The notes under the pieces were generated by a model. The model had not been told where the DNA came from and did no database searches. It worked only from the letters and a program-made list of their open reading frames with translations. DNA of 57,181 bases from a virus (lineage: Duplodnaviria > Caudoviricetes): positions 1-57,181 of IMG/VR virus record IMGVR_UViG_3300015360_000051; one strand, given 5' to 3'. Of the stretch, positions 9,229-19,113 are shown in pieces; the stretch's first letter is position 1, and each line of letters starts with the position of its first letter. The translations under genes and the position numbers were made by a program.

Positions 9229-10182
9229 TTGTTTTTTGATAATGATGGTGATGGTGACGGTTACACACAAGAAGACGATGTTGTCGAAGAACTTGAAGAA
9301 AAAATCCCATCAAATTTATTGATGGCCTCTGAATCGCCGGTAGAGGACGACTCAGAGATGGCGGAGGCGGAGAGCCGGCTCCATAAGGCTAACCTGTACC
9401 GTCAATTTTTAGTAGGTCGGGTTTTTGCCGGTCATGACGATGATACTGACAGTATCACGCTGGAAGTAGAGAAAGAGTTTCGCGATTTCGCAAAAACTCG
9501 GCTCTCCATCCTACTAGGTATCTCCTCGGCCAAACCCGAAGCCGCACAGCAGCAGTTTTCTGCTGACGAAGTGGAGGTGCTACGATTGGTGGCCAAACGT
9601 ATGAAGGTCGCTACTTCTACGACTGCACCTAGCGTCCCCCCAAAAAATATCGCACCTAGAAAAATGGCGGAACTTAAGCCACGACAGTTGACCCAGACCC
9701 AGACAAAGTCTGCTATCTCCAAGCCTGCGATGAAGCCTGCGATTAAGCCTGCTATCTCCAAGCCTGCGATGGATGCCTCAAATAAGGCTCCTCCTGTCAC
9801 TGCTAGTCCGGTAGACAAAAAAAGGAAAACCGTACCGCAAGACGAAGAGATTATCGAGGAGAGAGGGAGAAAATACAAAGTCGCGTGGCGTGAAGTAAAT
9901 TTCGATTCACTCGACAGGAACTCCCGAGAGCATCTCTCTCAGATGAAAAATGACTCGGCATCAGTACTGCCGGATGGTGTACAGGTAGTTAAGACCTCTG
10001 GTGGGGATTTTTTTAAGATTGTTAAATGCGATTTAACAACACAAAAGAGAAACTCCGCCAGCGTTCCTATGCCTATGGGGCACCAATTCGATGTTATCAG
10101 TGCGATGAGGGCGGCTGAAGCAGTCTCAACAGTGAGTAATTACACGAACACAATCATCACCAAGCTAGGAACAAAAACATGA
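9229..10182 (+). CDS. Hypothetical protein with acidic N-terminus and Pro/Lys/Ala-rich linker
   Basis: 317-aa ORF; short KPA repeats around 9710-9772. Confidence 0.75.
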   Translation: MFFDNDGDGDGYTQEDDVVEELEEKIPSNLLMASESPVEDDSEMAEAESRLHKANLYRQFLVGRVFAGHDDDTDSITLEVEKEFRDFAKTRLSILLGISSAKPEAAQQQFSADEVEVLRLVAKRMKVATSTTAPSVPPKNIAPRKMAELKPRQLTQTQTKSAISKPAMKPAIKPAISKPAMDASNKAPPVTASPVDKKRKTVPQDEEIIEERGRKYKVAWREVNFDSLDRNSREHLSQMKNDSASVLPDGVQVVKTSGGDFFKIVKCDLTTQKRNSASVPMPMGHQFDVISAMRAAEAVSTVSNYTNTIITKLGTKT

Positions 10183-10688
10183 TAGACACAGAATCGACGA
10201 AGCTCAAGAAAAAGTACCAAAAAACGATACTCGAACGGGTGCAGGACTTGGAGAGCTTCCAGCAGTTCCGCGAAGGGGTTGCTAAGCAAATAGGGGACCT
10301 GTGCCGAGTGGTAGAAGCACTGGTATCCCTAGTAGGAGTAGACGACGTTAACAAGGCAGTTCTCGACGCTCGAATCCGAGAGCTTGAGGAACCGGTACAG
10401 AATCAATTAGAGGCGATTAAAGACGCAGTAGAAAAGGGATTGCTAGTTGTGGAGGATTCAGCCACTTCTGGAGAGGTCCTCCTAATCACTTCGCAAAAGG
10501 CCGCTGACGGTACTCAAATGTATCCTTCACGGGTCATTATCCCGTTTCAGGGATATTCTCCTGACGCGCAAGTCCTATTGACAGGCAAGAAGGTTGGAGA
10601 TTTTGTGACCCTGTCAAACGGTTCGACAGTAGAAGTAGTGGCAATATACAAAGCTGCCACTAAAACCCAAAACAAGGAAGTGCAATAG
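10179..10688 (+). CDS. Hypothetical protein
   Basis: 169-aa ORF with ATGA overlap. Confidence 0.75.
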   Translation: MIDTESTKLKKKYQKTILERVQDLESFQQFREGVAKQIGDLCRVVEALVSLVGVDDVNKAVLDARIRELEEPVQNQLEAIKDAVEKGLLVVEDSATSGEVLLITSQKAADGTQMYPSRVIIPFQGYSPDAQVLLTGKKVGDFVTLSNGSTVEVVAIYKAATKTQNKEVQ

Positions 10689-11783
10689 ATGTCATCGACC
10701 CAGGACGTAAAAGACTTCTTGATAAAAATGGCGGCGTCACATAGGGCGGCCGACAAAAAATCTATCAACAGTAGGACGGCCAGCATTGCAGGCCGGGACC
10801 TACTGTTTATTCAGAATTTGGATGAAGTCTTGGGTCGAGTCTTCCACACCAAGTGGGCTGGTACTAAATTTAGGGGCTACCAGGGGCCGAAAACTCAACG
10901 AACAGAACGCCTGGTCCACGTTGTTATTTCTGATACGCATTTTCAATCGTTAATTGACGGAGAAGAATGCCCCATAGAATATACCGCTCTGCAAGAGAGT
11001 CGGAGGTTCGGCAAGGTCGTCGCGCAAGTGGCGGACTATAAGCGCCAGTATCGGAAACACACTGGACTGCGCGTGAAGTTGCTGGGCGATTTATTCCAGG
11101 GCCAACTCCACGATTTGCGTGAAGGTGCTCCTATGGCTGCTCAGTTCGCCGCCACCTTGCACTATTTAATCCAAGGTATTTCCTATTGGGCGCACGAATT
11201 TAAAGAGGTCCAGGTAGACTGTGCCTCTGGCAACCACGGCCGAAACAAAGCTCGCCATATGGACCGAGCGGTCCAGCAGAAATGGGACTCCATCGAAACG
11301 ATGGTCTATTACTCGCTCAAACAAGCGCTTAAGCCCATTAAAAACGTCAATGTTAAAATCGGCATGAGGCCGTACGTGGTAGAAGAAGTATTTGGCGACA
11401 AGGCTTTTTGGACGCACGGAGACACCGTGCTGAAACCCGGGTACCCCGGCCGGTCCATTAATGTCCAGGCGTTGTATCAACAAATTTGTAGGTGGAACGC
11501 CGCTCGGAAAATTGAAGGACCATTTAAAATGTTCGGCGTAGGGCACGTCCATTTCGGGTCGATTACGAATATGCCCGGAGAAATCGTGATGCTAACAAAC
11601 GGGTGCTTAGTCCCTCCCGACGCATTTGCTATCAGCATTGGGGCCCCGGACGTTACGTGCGGGCAGTATGTGTTCGAGTCTGCTCCTGGACATATCTGCG
11701 GAGACCAACGTTTCGTAAACGTCGACGATGCAGATGACAATAAATCGTATAACGATATCATAAAACCGTTTGTTAATTTTTAA
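10689..11783 (+). CDS. Calcineurin-like metallophosphoesterase
   Basis: SDTH, LGD, GNHG, THGD and GHVH motifs. Confidence 0.85.
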   Translation: MSSTQDVKDFLIKMAASHRAADKKSINSRTASIAGRDLLFIQNLDEVLGRVFHTKWAGTKFRGYQGPKTQRTERLVHVVISDTHFQSLIDGEECPIEYTALQESRRFGKVVAQVADYKRQYRKHTGLRVKLLGDLFQGQLHDLREGAPMAAQFAATLHYLIQGISYWAHEFKEVQVDCASGNHGRNKARHMDRAVQQKWDSIETMVYYSLKQALKPIKNVNVKIGMRPYVVEEVFGDKAFWTHGDTVLKPGYPGRSINVQALYQQICRWNAARKIEGPFKMFGVGHVHFGSITNMPGEIVMLTNGCLVPPDAFAISIGAPDVTCGQYVFESAPGHICGDQRFVNVDDADDNKSYNDIIKPFVNF

Positions 11784-11785
11784 TT

Positions 11786-12175
11786 GTGGACAATAAAGCG
11801 CGCATAAAAGAGCAGATGGCTGAGGTCTACAAGTTTGTGAGAGATGCCTCTCACAATATCAAGGGCGCTGAAGACCGGAAAATACTCGCAGAGGCAGAAC
11901 TCCAGGATGCACAGATACGGTTAGAAGCGTTTAAAGACATCCACACCAGCATTAAGAACAATCCGGAATTCGTGGACCTGAATATGTTTCGAGCCTCTCG
12001 GAAGAAGCTGATAGAGTTTCAAGAAACGTGCCAGTCTATGTCAATAGTTATAAATACTTTGACCGCAACGGTTGACCAATTGACCAAAAAAAAAGAGACT
12101 CTGACGGCTCTTTATGACGAGCTTACGAGGAAATTGATTGCTATGGTTGGGAAGGTGGTCGCATTTCATGAGTAG
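11786..12175 (+). CDS. Hypothetical coiled-coil protein
   Basis: Heptad-like helical ORF. Confidence 0.7.
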   Translation: MDNKARIKEQMAEVYKFVRDASHNIKGAEDRKILAEAELQDAQIRLEAFKDIHTSIKNNPEFVDLNMFRASRKKLIEFQETCQSMSIVINTLTATVDQLTKKKETLTALYDELTRKLIAMVGKVVAFHE

Positions 12176-12638
12176 TTTTATAGAAAGAGTCCTGAAGAAA
12201 ATATTGCCGCATAAGGACATCGTCAAGGACGATGTACTCTATCTACGTAGGCATTATCTGACTCCTCGTACCTGGCGCTACAAGCTGGTCTTGCACCTAA
12301 TTGCAATGCCTGATATCGACCGGTCGGTGCATGACCATCCGTGGTGGTTCATTACCCTTGTCCTCCGAGGAGGGTATTTGGAGGAGGTCGTGAATAAGCT
12401 CGGGAGGTCGAGCTACCTTGCTCGACGGGCAGGTAGCTGTTTGTTCCGGACAGCTACTCATACTCATAAAATATTAGCCCTCTTTCGGCCGCGAACTTGG
12501 ACTCTGGTCATGATGGGACCTGCTACTCGGGTGTGGGGTTTTTGGGATGCCCAAAACCTTTACACTCCCTGGCACGAATATCTGGCTGACGAGGACGGCC
12601 TTTCTCCGGTACAGTTGCCGGAGGACGCCATTCGATAA
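12168..12638 (+). CDS. Cupin-fold phage protein
   Basis: HDHPW...GGYLE...HTH cupin metal-binding pattern. Confidence 0.7.
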   Translation: MSSFIERVLKKILPHKDIVKDDVLYLRRHYLTPRTWRYKLVLHLIAMPDIDRSVHDHPWWFITLVLRGGYLEEVVNKLGRSSYLARRAGSCLFRTATHTHKILALFRPRTWTLVMMGPATRVWGFWDAQNLYTPWHEYLADEDGLSPVQLPEDAIR

Positions 12639-12860
12639 ATGCTGACGAAGGTACAAATGCAACAGATGCTTGAGACAGACCCGGATTTTATTTCTATCCG
12701 ACGCTACGGCTACAGCCTGGCAAAATTGGAGGGCCGGTATCCGGATGGGGTCCCAGACCACATCCTCGCTACTGCTCTCCTCCTGACGACTGAGGAGATG
12801 AATTCGAGATATCACCAGATTGTCCTGACCCTCCGAAACCTAATGAGAATCGAAGTTTAA
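12639..12860 (+). CDS. Small protein, possible sigma region-4-like HTH
   Basis: ILATALLLTTEEMNSRYHQIVLTLRNLM loosely resembles the sigma-4 helix pattern. Confidence 0.55.
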   Translation: MLTKVQMQQMLETDPDFISIRRYGYSLAKLEGRYPDGVPDHILATALLLTTEEMNSRYHQIVLTLRNLMRIEV

Positions 12861-12864
12861 TCGT

Positions 12865-12893
12865 TGACATAAAATGCCCGATTTGGTATCTTT
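12865..12893 (+). promoter_or_regulatory. Sigma70-type promoter upstream of dnaE
   Basis: TTGACA-17 nt-TATCTT. Confidence 0.65.
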
Positions 12894-12928
12894 CGTAAAG
12901 TGAAGAATATCAAGGGACAACAAGCTCT

Positions 12929-14695
12929 ATGAGGCAATTCGCGACATGTCACTGTCATCCTGCGTCGTTGGATTCGGGCTCCACTCCAGAAGTTTTCGCA
13001 AAGCGCGAAGTTGAGCTTGGCAGCGGGGTAATCACCTGCACAGACCACGGTTCCCTGGCCGCTGCGCAGCAAATTTACTCACTAGGGAAAAAGTACAACC
13101 TCACCCCAGTAATAGGGTTAGAGGGGTACTTCCGCGATGACAACTGTCCAATCCTAAAGGATTCTGGGATTGCTAAAACAGATATCATTCCTAGAGGAAT
13201 GGATTCTGACAAGTGGAAGACGGAACACCCTGACGGGTCGTTTTTTGAATACCTCAAATATCAGCACATCACTACCCATTTTATGGATTATGCGGCCTAT
13301 CAAAAGGGCGTGCAGTTGTTGTCTAGGGCCGATGCTCGGGCGGAGCGACATGGGAGCGAACTGAAGCCTTTGTTTGAGTGGTCGGATATCGAGGAACTAG
13401 CGGCGCAGCCGGGTACCGTGGCTACGTCGAGCTGCCTCATCGGAATGATTCAACGTCATTTATTCGACGCAAAAAAGCCGGACATCGCAAAAAAATACTT
13501 CGACAGGATGCTACACCTATTCGGAGACCGATTTTATGTCGAGGTTTTCCCACATGCGTGCACCCATAACTGGAGCAAGGCGATTCTTGTCAAAGCTCTG
13601 GGGCCGGATGGTTCCGAACATGACCTGAAGTTCTATTTCACAAAGAAAATCAAAACTACGACCAATCTCACACTAGATGCCGAGGACCTAGAAGCGAGAT
13701 TTAACGGGGGAGAGAGACTTGGGAAACTCGCTGAGATTTCCCACTATCGGAAGTGGGTCACGTTCGAGAGAGGTCCGTTCGAGGTCGTTTCGGTCGAACG
13801 CCGAGAAGGGTTTTTTAGGAACGAGTGCTCTCCAGTGGCCCCGGATGGGGATATCCAGTGGGGGTGCAATAAATACGTACTCGCAATGGCGGAGAAAAAT
13901 GGAGTTAAGGTCCTTATCGCTGACGACAGCCATTTTGCGTACCCTGAGGAAAAAATCTACCAGGATGTTCGCCTCGCGCAATCCGGAGATTGGAAATTCC
14001 ATAACTCATACCACCGCCAAACTTCGGAAGAAGCCTGGCATCATTTTCGCGACAAGCTCGACATCAAGCTCGACATGTTCGAGGGGTGGGTAGACAACAC
14101 TCAAGAGTGGGCTAGTCGGTTCAAAAATTTTAAACTAGAGACCTCGCCAAGTCTGCCTACTAAATTTTTCCCCTCTGACTCCTTGAAATTTACAAAGGAA
14201 CTGATTCTCAAAAACGGTAGAATGCCGCAGGACCCGAAATACCTTGCAAGACTCAAGCTAGAGATAGACATCCTGCATAAAAACGGGACGATAGACCTGC
14301 TGCCTTATTTTCACATTGACGAGGAGGTTTGCAAGCTCTACGAAAACCAGGGGTGGCTCACGGGGCCGGGTCGTGGGTCCGCTGCTGGATTGCTAATCTG
14401 CTATCTGTTAGGTATTACTCATATCGACCCGATAAAATACGGACTCTCACTAGAGCGCTTTATCACGTTGGACCGTATTAAATCCGGTAAAATGCCAGAC
14501 ATCGACCAGGACCTTCCTTTCCGCGAGCCATTGGCTGGACAGGATGACGTAAATGTGGTAGAATTCGAGGCCGAAGATGGCAGTAAGCATATCCTCCCGG
14601 AAGATTTTAGGATTGAGACCGATATGGGGTTACTAACTGTCAGACAGGCTCTTGCGCAGGGAGCCGATATCGCACCGTGGTGGGAGAGCCGTTAG
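12929..14695 (+). CDS. dnaE: DNA polymerase III alpha, N-terminal part (PHP + first palm segment)
   Basis: HCH, TDHG, GLEGY and DSH PHP motifs; GPGRGSAAG; ERF; MPDIDQD. Confidence 0.92.
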   Translation: MRQFATCHCHPASLDSGSTPEVFAKREVELGSGVITCTDHGSLAAAQQIYSLGKKYNLTPVIGLEGYFRDDNCPILKDSGIAKTDIIPRGMDSDKWKTEHPDGSFFEYLKYQHITTHFMDYAAYQKGVQLLSRADARAERHGSELKPLFEWSDIEELAAQPGTVATSSCLIGMIQRHLFDAKKPDIAKKYFDRMLHLFGDRFYVEVFPHACTHNWSKAILVKALGPDGSEHDLKFYFTKKIKTTTNLTLDAEDLEARFNGGERLGKLAEISHYRKWVTFERGPFEVVSVERREGFFRNECSPVAPDGDIQWGCNKYVLAMAEKNGVKVLIADDSHFAYPEEKIYQDVRLAQSGDWKFHNSYHRQTSEEAWHHFRDKLDIKLDMFEGWVDNTQEWASRFKNFKLETSPSLPTKFFPSDSLKFTKELILKNGRMPQDPKYLARLKLEIDILHKNGTIDLLPYFHIDEEVCKLYENQGWLTGPGRGSAAGLLICYLLGITHIDPIKYGLSLERFITLDRIKSGKMPDIDQDLPFREPLAGQDDVNVVEFEAEDGSKHILPEDFRIETDMGLLTVRQALAQGADIAPWWESR

Positions 14696-17188
14696 TTGAA
14701 AATTACAGCTATTACTAATAGTACAACGGAGGGAGACCTCCCTCCTACCTTCCCGGGCTGGTTCGAGGAACGTTATGGGAGGCACTACTCCCAAATCTCG
14801 GTAGACGTTGCCCTCAAGCTAAAATCGGCAGTCAAAGACGTTTCTCGCGCCTTGAGGAAAAAATGTCACAAGTGCGGGGCCCTGCATTTGACTAGGGAGC
14901 CTATTACTGAATGTCCAGACTGCGGGGGGAGGACTGCCGGTTTTGTCCCTCCAGATATTGAGCAATTGGCGAAAGCCTTTTTGACGCCCCCTCAAGGTGT
15001 CGACGACCACAGGTTTGCAATCGGATATGCGGCCGATGATGGTTGGATAATGGGAGCCGCCGAGCCCGGACACAGCGGCACTGATGAGAATTTGATAAAA
15101 TACATCGAACGCTACCCAGACGACTGGGGAATAGTGCAAGGATGTTTGGGTTTGCCCCGGCAAAAGTCCCGCCACGCTTGCGCGTACGTCATCGCAAATC
15201 GCCCTATCTCGGAATTCATTCCATTGACCACGGTGACCGGGGTGAGCGTCACGGCCTTCACGGCCGAGGCGGTGGAGGCGGTAGGAGGGCTCAAAATGGA
15301 TTTTTTGGTGATTTACGCTCTCCGAGATATCCAGGATTGTATCAAAAAGGTCCAAGAGACTTTTGGGTGTCTTCAGACTCAAGCTGCTATCATTAATGGT
15401 CGGAGAGTGCCCGCTCACAGAATGGTGCCCGACCCCAAACAGCCAGATATATTGTTCGATATTTGGGATTTACCAGAAGACTCTGAGGTATTTGCTGATA
15501 TCTCTAGCGGCAAGACTGAATCGGTATTCCAATTCAGTACCCAGGCCGCGAAAAAATGGCTAAAGCATTTTAATTTCAAAAAACCAGACGGTACGACAGC
15601 CATTAACTCTATCCGAGATATGGCTGCATTCACAGCCTTGGACCGACCCGGACCTCTAGACGTTATGGTGACCGACCCGGACACTGGGCTGCAACACAAC
15701 GCCCTGGTGGAGTACGCCAGGAGGGCTAGAGGAGCGGCGGGTAGTCCGGACATTCTCCCGATACTGGATACTCTCATCCCTGAGACCTATTCCGTCCTGA
15801 CCTTCCAGGAGCAGCTACAGCTAATCTACCAAAAAATGACAGGGTGTACGGGGTCTGAGGCCGAGGAGTTCAGGACAAATGCGGCAAAAAAAAGAAAAGA
15901 AAAGGTAGATGCAGCATATCTCTTTTTCATCGAAAAAGCATCTCTACAAATTGGGGCAGAAGACGCTGAAAAACTCTGGGAGTTTCTCAGGACGTGGGCC
16001 CAATACGGTTTCAACCTGTCACACGCAGTCTCGTATTCCTTCATCGCCTATGCTTGCGCCTTTTTGAAGCACCACTACCACCTACAATGGTGGTGGGCGG
16101 TGTTGAAAAATGCCAAGAGAAACGATGTAAATGACAAATTCTGGAGTCATTGCTCTGATATTATCCTACTGCCGGACCTGAAGGTGTCGGAACTAGACTG
16201 GACTATCCACGCAGGGGGGTATCTCCAAGCTCCTATCAGCCTCCTGCACGGGATTGGGGAAAAAGCCCATCAACAGATATGTAAATATTCTCCCTATGTC
16301 GATGTTCAGGATTTTGCGAATAAAATTGCCGATTTCAGAGACTTAGGAGAGATGGTAGTAAAAATCAAGGACGGGAAAGAGTCCTTGGCTTATGTCCTCA
16401 AGCGAAACGCCATCCAGCGTACTCAGGTTTACAATATGCTGGTATCTGGGGTTATGGATGGGTTGTACCCGCCTGGTCTGTCAGTGACCGAGAAGCTGGA
16501 AAAATTCGATGAAGCCATGGTCCTAGCTACGTCTCAAAAATTGGAGATGCACCGAACTCCAGAAAAAAAGAAAACGTGGAAGGCGGCCGTAGCAGCCGCA
16601 AAAAAGGCAAGCAAAACTTACTACGCCACTCTGGACGCTGTCGGTAGGTATCAGGCACGTAAGGGGATTCTACCGGCCTACGGCGAAGACCTGAGGGTCG
16701 TTTTTCGCCCCGTCGTGAATGATTACCCAACCCTGTCTTTGGTCGATACCGATAGCGTTAAAATGCGCTATCGGTGGAAGGCCTGGAATTCTGAAAAAAA
16801 ACAAAACGAACAAAAGGAGTGCCCGATAGTTGACATCGACCTCCTCTCTAGGCTAGAGTTGTCTAGGTCGGTCCCATCTGGCGGCTACCTTTGCGCTGTG
16901 CTAGGATACGTGGAAGAGAAAAAAATCTTCACATACCACAAAACCAAAGAGGCGCTTAAAATTTTGGTAGATATTGGTGGGACAAAGAAAGAGTTCGTAA
17001 TGTGGCCAAACTACAATACGGGGTTAGTCTCCGACGATGCAAAAAAAGACATCCAGCCTGGGGCAATATGCGCCTTTCAGTTGCATCGGCGGGATTTAGA
17101 TACTGATTTCTCCCTAAAAAAATATTCAGTACTCAGAGTTGCACTGTCTCATTCGGAAAAGGTAGAAAAAACAGATGAAGAAGAATAA
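14696..17188 (+). CDS. dnaE: DNA polymerase III alpha, C-terminal part
   Basis: YG..SQI, SRHAC, KMDFL, VFQF, LTFQEQ, YGFNLSHAVSY, HGIGEK HhH; TTG start with GGAG 9 nt upstream. Confidence 0.9.
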   Translation: MKITAITNSTTEGDLPPTFPGWFEERYGRHYSQISVDVALKLKSAVKDVSRALRKKCHKCGALHLTREPITECPDCGGRTAGFVPPDIEQLAKAFLTPPQGVDDHRFAIGYAADDGWIMGAAEPGHSGTDENLIKYIERYPDDWGIVQGCLGLPRQKSRHACAYVIANRPISEFIPLTTVTGVSVTAFTAEAVEAVGGLKMDFLVIYALRDIQDCIKKVQETFGCLQTQAAIINGRRVPAHRMVPDPKQPDILFDIWDLPEDSEVFADISSGKTESVFQFSTQAAKKWLKHFNFKKPDGTTAINSIRDMAAFTALDRPGPLDVMVTDPDTGLQHNALVEYARRARGAAGSPDILPILDTLIPETYSVLTFQEQLQLIYQKMTGCTGSEAEEFRTNAAKKRKEKVDAAYLFFIEKASLQIGAEDAEKLWEFLRTWAQYGFNLSHAVSYSFIAYACAFLKHHYHLQWWWAVLKNAKRNDVNDKFWSHCSDIILLPDLKVSELDWTIHAGGYLQAPISLLHGIGEKAHQQICKYSPYVDVQDFANKIADFRDLGEMVVKIKDGKESLAYVLKRNAIQRTQVYNMLVSGVMDGLYPPGLSVTEKLEKFDEAMVLATSQKLEMHRTPEKKKTWKAAVAAAKKASKTYYATLDAVGRYQARKGILPAYGEDLRVVFRPVVNDYPTLSLVDTDSVKMRYRWKAWNSEKKQNEQKECPIVDIDLLSRLELSRSVPSGGYLCAVLGYVEEKKIFTYHKTKEALKILVDIGGTKKEFVMWPNYNTGLVSDDAKKDIQPGAICAFQLHRRDLDTDFSLKKYSVLRVALSHSEKVEKTDEEE

Positions 17189-17965
17189 ATGAAAATACAC
17201 GAACTGATTCAAGAGCGCGAGAGAGTAAAAACCCTCTCAGAAGTCGTAGAAGAAAGCGTCCCGTACAAGCTACGAGCTGGTGCAGGTGTTCAAATCGCGG
17301 CGGCAACCCAAAGACTTCAGGAGATTGACGACCAGATTCTAGCGCGTACAGTGCCGGAACGTCTTATCGCCGTTTTTGCCAATTTTCCCAAAACAGAAAC
17401 CCCGTCAACAGCCCTGGAGGATTTGTATGGGTTTGTGACCACTAATTCGATTACTATTTTCCCGAAAACGATGTTCGTCCAGTTTGCGCGGGAACTGGAA
17501 TACTCGTTCGCACAGCCCATCTCGGACATAGTAGAGAAGGACGTGCACGCTAGACCCAAGTTCTCGACGGTACAGTACTCCCTCCTGAAGAATCATCTCC
17601 AAGCGGCCTGCCTTTTTTACAACGTTCCTGAATTCGATTTCGAGTTCCAGGAACGCGAATGCTTGTCCTTTGACGCATTGGCCAATATCGTCACCGACAC
17701 CATCCTGAGCACGGATGGCGGACGAATACTCTTGACTGCGAGAGTAAAAACAGATATTCTAGCTCAGGTGGTGACGAAGTCGTTGTTGGATAGGCGAGTC
17801 CCCGTATTTGTTTTCGGAGACGACAGACAACTAATTCGAGACACCATCAAACCGCTGTTCAATAAAACTATAGACCATACATTTAATCCAGAATTTGCAG
17901 CAACCAAAGACAATATCACAAAAATCCTCAAAGAAGCGAAAGAAACAAACCATGACCACGAATGA
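17189..17965 (+). CDS. Hypothetical protein
   Basis: 258-aa ORF abutting dnaE-C stop. Confidence 0.75.
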   Translation: MKIHELIQERERVKTLSEVVEESVPYKLRAGAGVQIAAATQRLQEIDDQILARTVPERLIAVFANFPKTETPSTALEDLYGFVTTNSITIFPKTMFVQFARELEYSFAQPISDIVEKDVHARPKFSTVQYSLLKNHLQAACLFYNVPEFDFEFQERECLSFDALANIVTDTILSTDGGRILLTARVKTDILAQVVTKSLLDRRVPVFVFGDDRQLIRDTIKPLFNKTIDHTFNPEFAATKDNITKILKEAKETNHDHE

Positions 17966-19028
17966 ACCGCAGATGCAAATGCCAGAAGGCTTTGAAGACC
18001 CGAATTATGGAGGGAGCAGTTACGAAAACTGGTCCCTAAAGGAAGATTCGACGGAGCTGTATCGCATCCTCCCGGCCATGAAGAGCCTGACGAAGGTGCG
18101 AGACTACTCACAATTTTGGTATACCCACTGGTGGAAGGGACGGTCCATCAAGGGTGACGACAAGTTGCGGTCATATCCCATCCTGTGCCACCAGGAGAGA
18201 GTTTTCAGCAATGGTTCGTCTACCATTACGAAAGAATGCCCACTCTGTCAAAAACGAGACAAGCACAAGGCCAAAGTCGCCGAGATTGAGGCCATCGGGC
18301 GCAGCAAGGGTGCCTCCAAGATTCAACTGAGCAAGGCCCTTGCGCCATATGTCCAATGGCTCAAAGACCACGGGCACGACGGGAAATACCGTGTCTATGC
18401 TATAAATAAGTCTGGACAGTTCGGTGTCCTACGTCTGACCCCTACCTGTATGCGGAAGCTGCGCGCCAAGGTTAAGGCGCTCATCGCAAACGGTCTGACC
18501 CCGATGGGAGTCCGGGGGGTCTGGTGGGAGTTCTCCAGGACGGGGACTGGATTCAACACTGAGGACGAGGTACACCCTCACCGCATTGAGCGGGACGACG
18601 GGTCATCGATTGTTGATTTCCACATTCTCGACAAGGCTACGGCGGTGACAGCTCTGTCATCTCTACCGGATTTCTCGGAAGAGATTGAAAAAATTCGGTA
18701 CTCGGCAGAAACGATGCAGGCCATCGCATCCAGTAACGATGACCCGGACGAGGTCACGAAGTTGCTGGGGCTGAATGTTGAGGCTCCTAGGGAGGAGGAC
18801 CTGTTCGACGGCGTCCCGGAAGACGCTGCCGCTGCCGCTGCTGCAAATCCACCAAGCGATGACCCGTTTGGAGATATTGCTCCTGTCGCTGCTCCCAAGC
18901 CTGTAGTCGTCGCCGCTGCTGCTCCCAAGCCTGTAGCTGCTACTCCTGCTCCCAAGCCTGTAGTCGCCCCTGCCGAACCTGCGGCGTTGTCTGATGAAGA
19001 TTTTGCGGCCGAGTTCGCAAATCTGTAA
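17952..19028 (+). CDS. Single-stranded DNA-binding protein (gp32-like), probable
   Basis: YRILP, HW, CPLC, acidic tail (SDEDFAAEFANL), upstream of recA. Confidence 0.7.
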   Translation: MTTNEPQMQMPEGFEDPNYGGSSYENWSLKEDSTELYRILPAMKSLTKVRDYSQFWYTHWWKGRSIKGDDKLRSYPILCHQERVFSNGSSTITKECPLCQKRDKHKAKVAEIEAIGRSKGASKIQLSKALAPYVQWLKDHGHDGKYRVYAINKSGQFGVLRLTPTCMRKLRAKVKALIANGLTPMGVRGVWWEFSRTGTGFNTEDEVHPHRIERDDGSSIVDFHILDKATAVTALSSLPDFSEEIEKIRYSAETMQAIASSNDDPDEVTKLLGLNVEAPREEDLFDGVPEDAAAAAAANPPSDDPFGDIAPVAAPKPVVVAAAAPKPVAATPAPKPVVAPAEPAALSDEDFAAEFANL

Positions 19029-19042
19029 TTAATCTCTTATCC

Positions 19043-19101
19043 GCTCGTATTTTGCCTGTAGTTTTTTGTTCATGGGCTACAGGCAAAATACGAGCCTTTT
19101 T
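19043..19101 (+). terminator. Rho-independent terminator
   Basis: 19-bp perfect inverted repeat gctcgtattttgcctgtag/ctacaggcaaaatacgagc followed by a T run. Confidence 0.8.
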
Positions 19102-19113
19102 AAGGTGAGATAG

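Noticed and set aside
14693-14698. Genome-wide TAG recoding (code 15) explaining the dnaE break
   Set aside because: TAG ends complete genes (primase, TerL, 25265, 10688), long ORFs are not TAG-fragmented, and in-frame stop-start abutment is common here (6392/3, 10688/9, 12638/9, 17188/9, 29352/3). Local readthrough is not excluded.
14540-14750. Functional trans-splicing split intein
   Set aside because: No N-terminal Cys/Ser block, TxxH, or terminal His-Asn plus nucleophile; kept only as a degenerate relic
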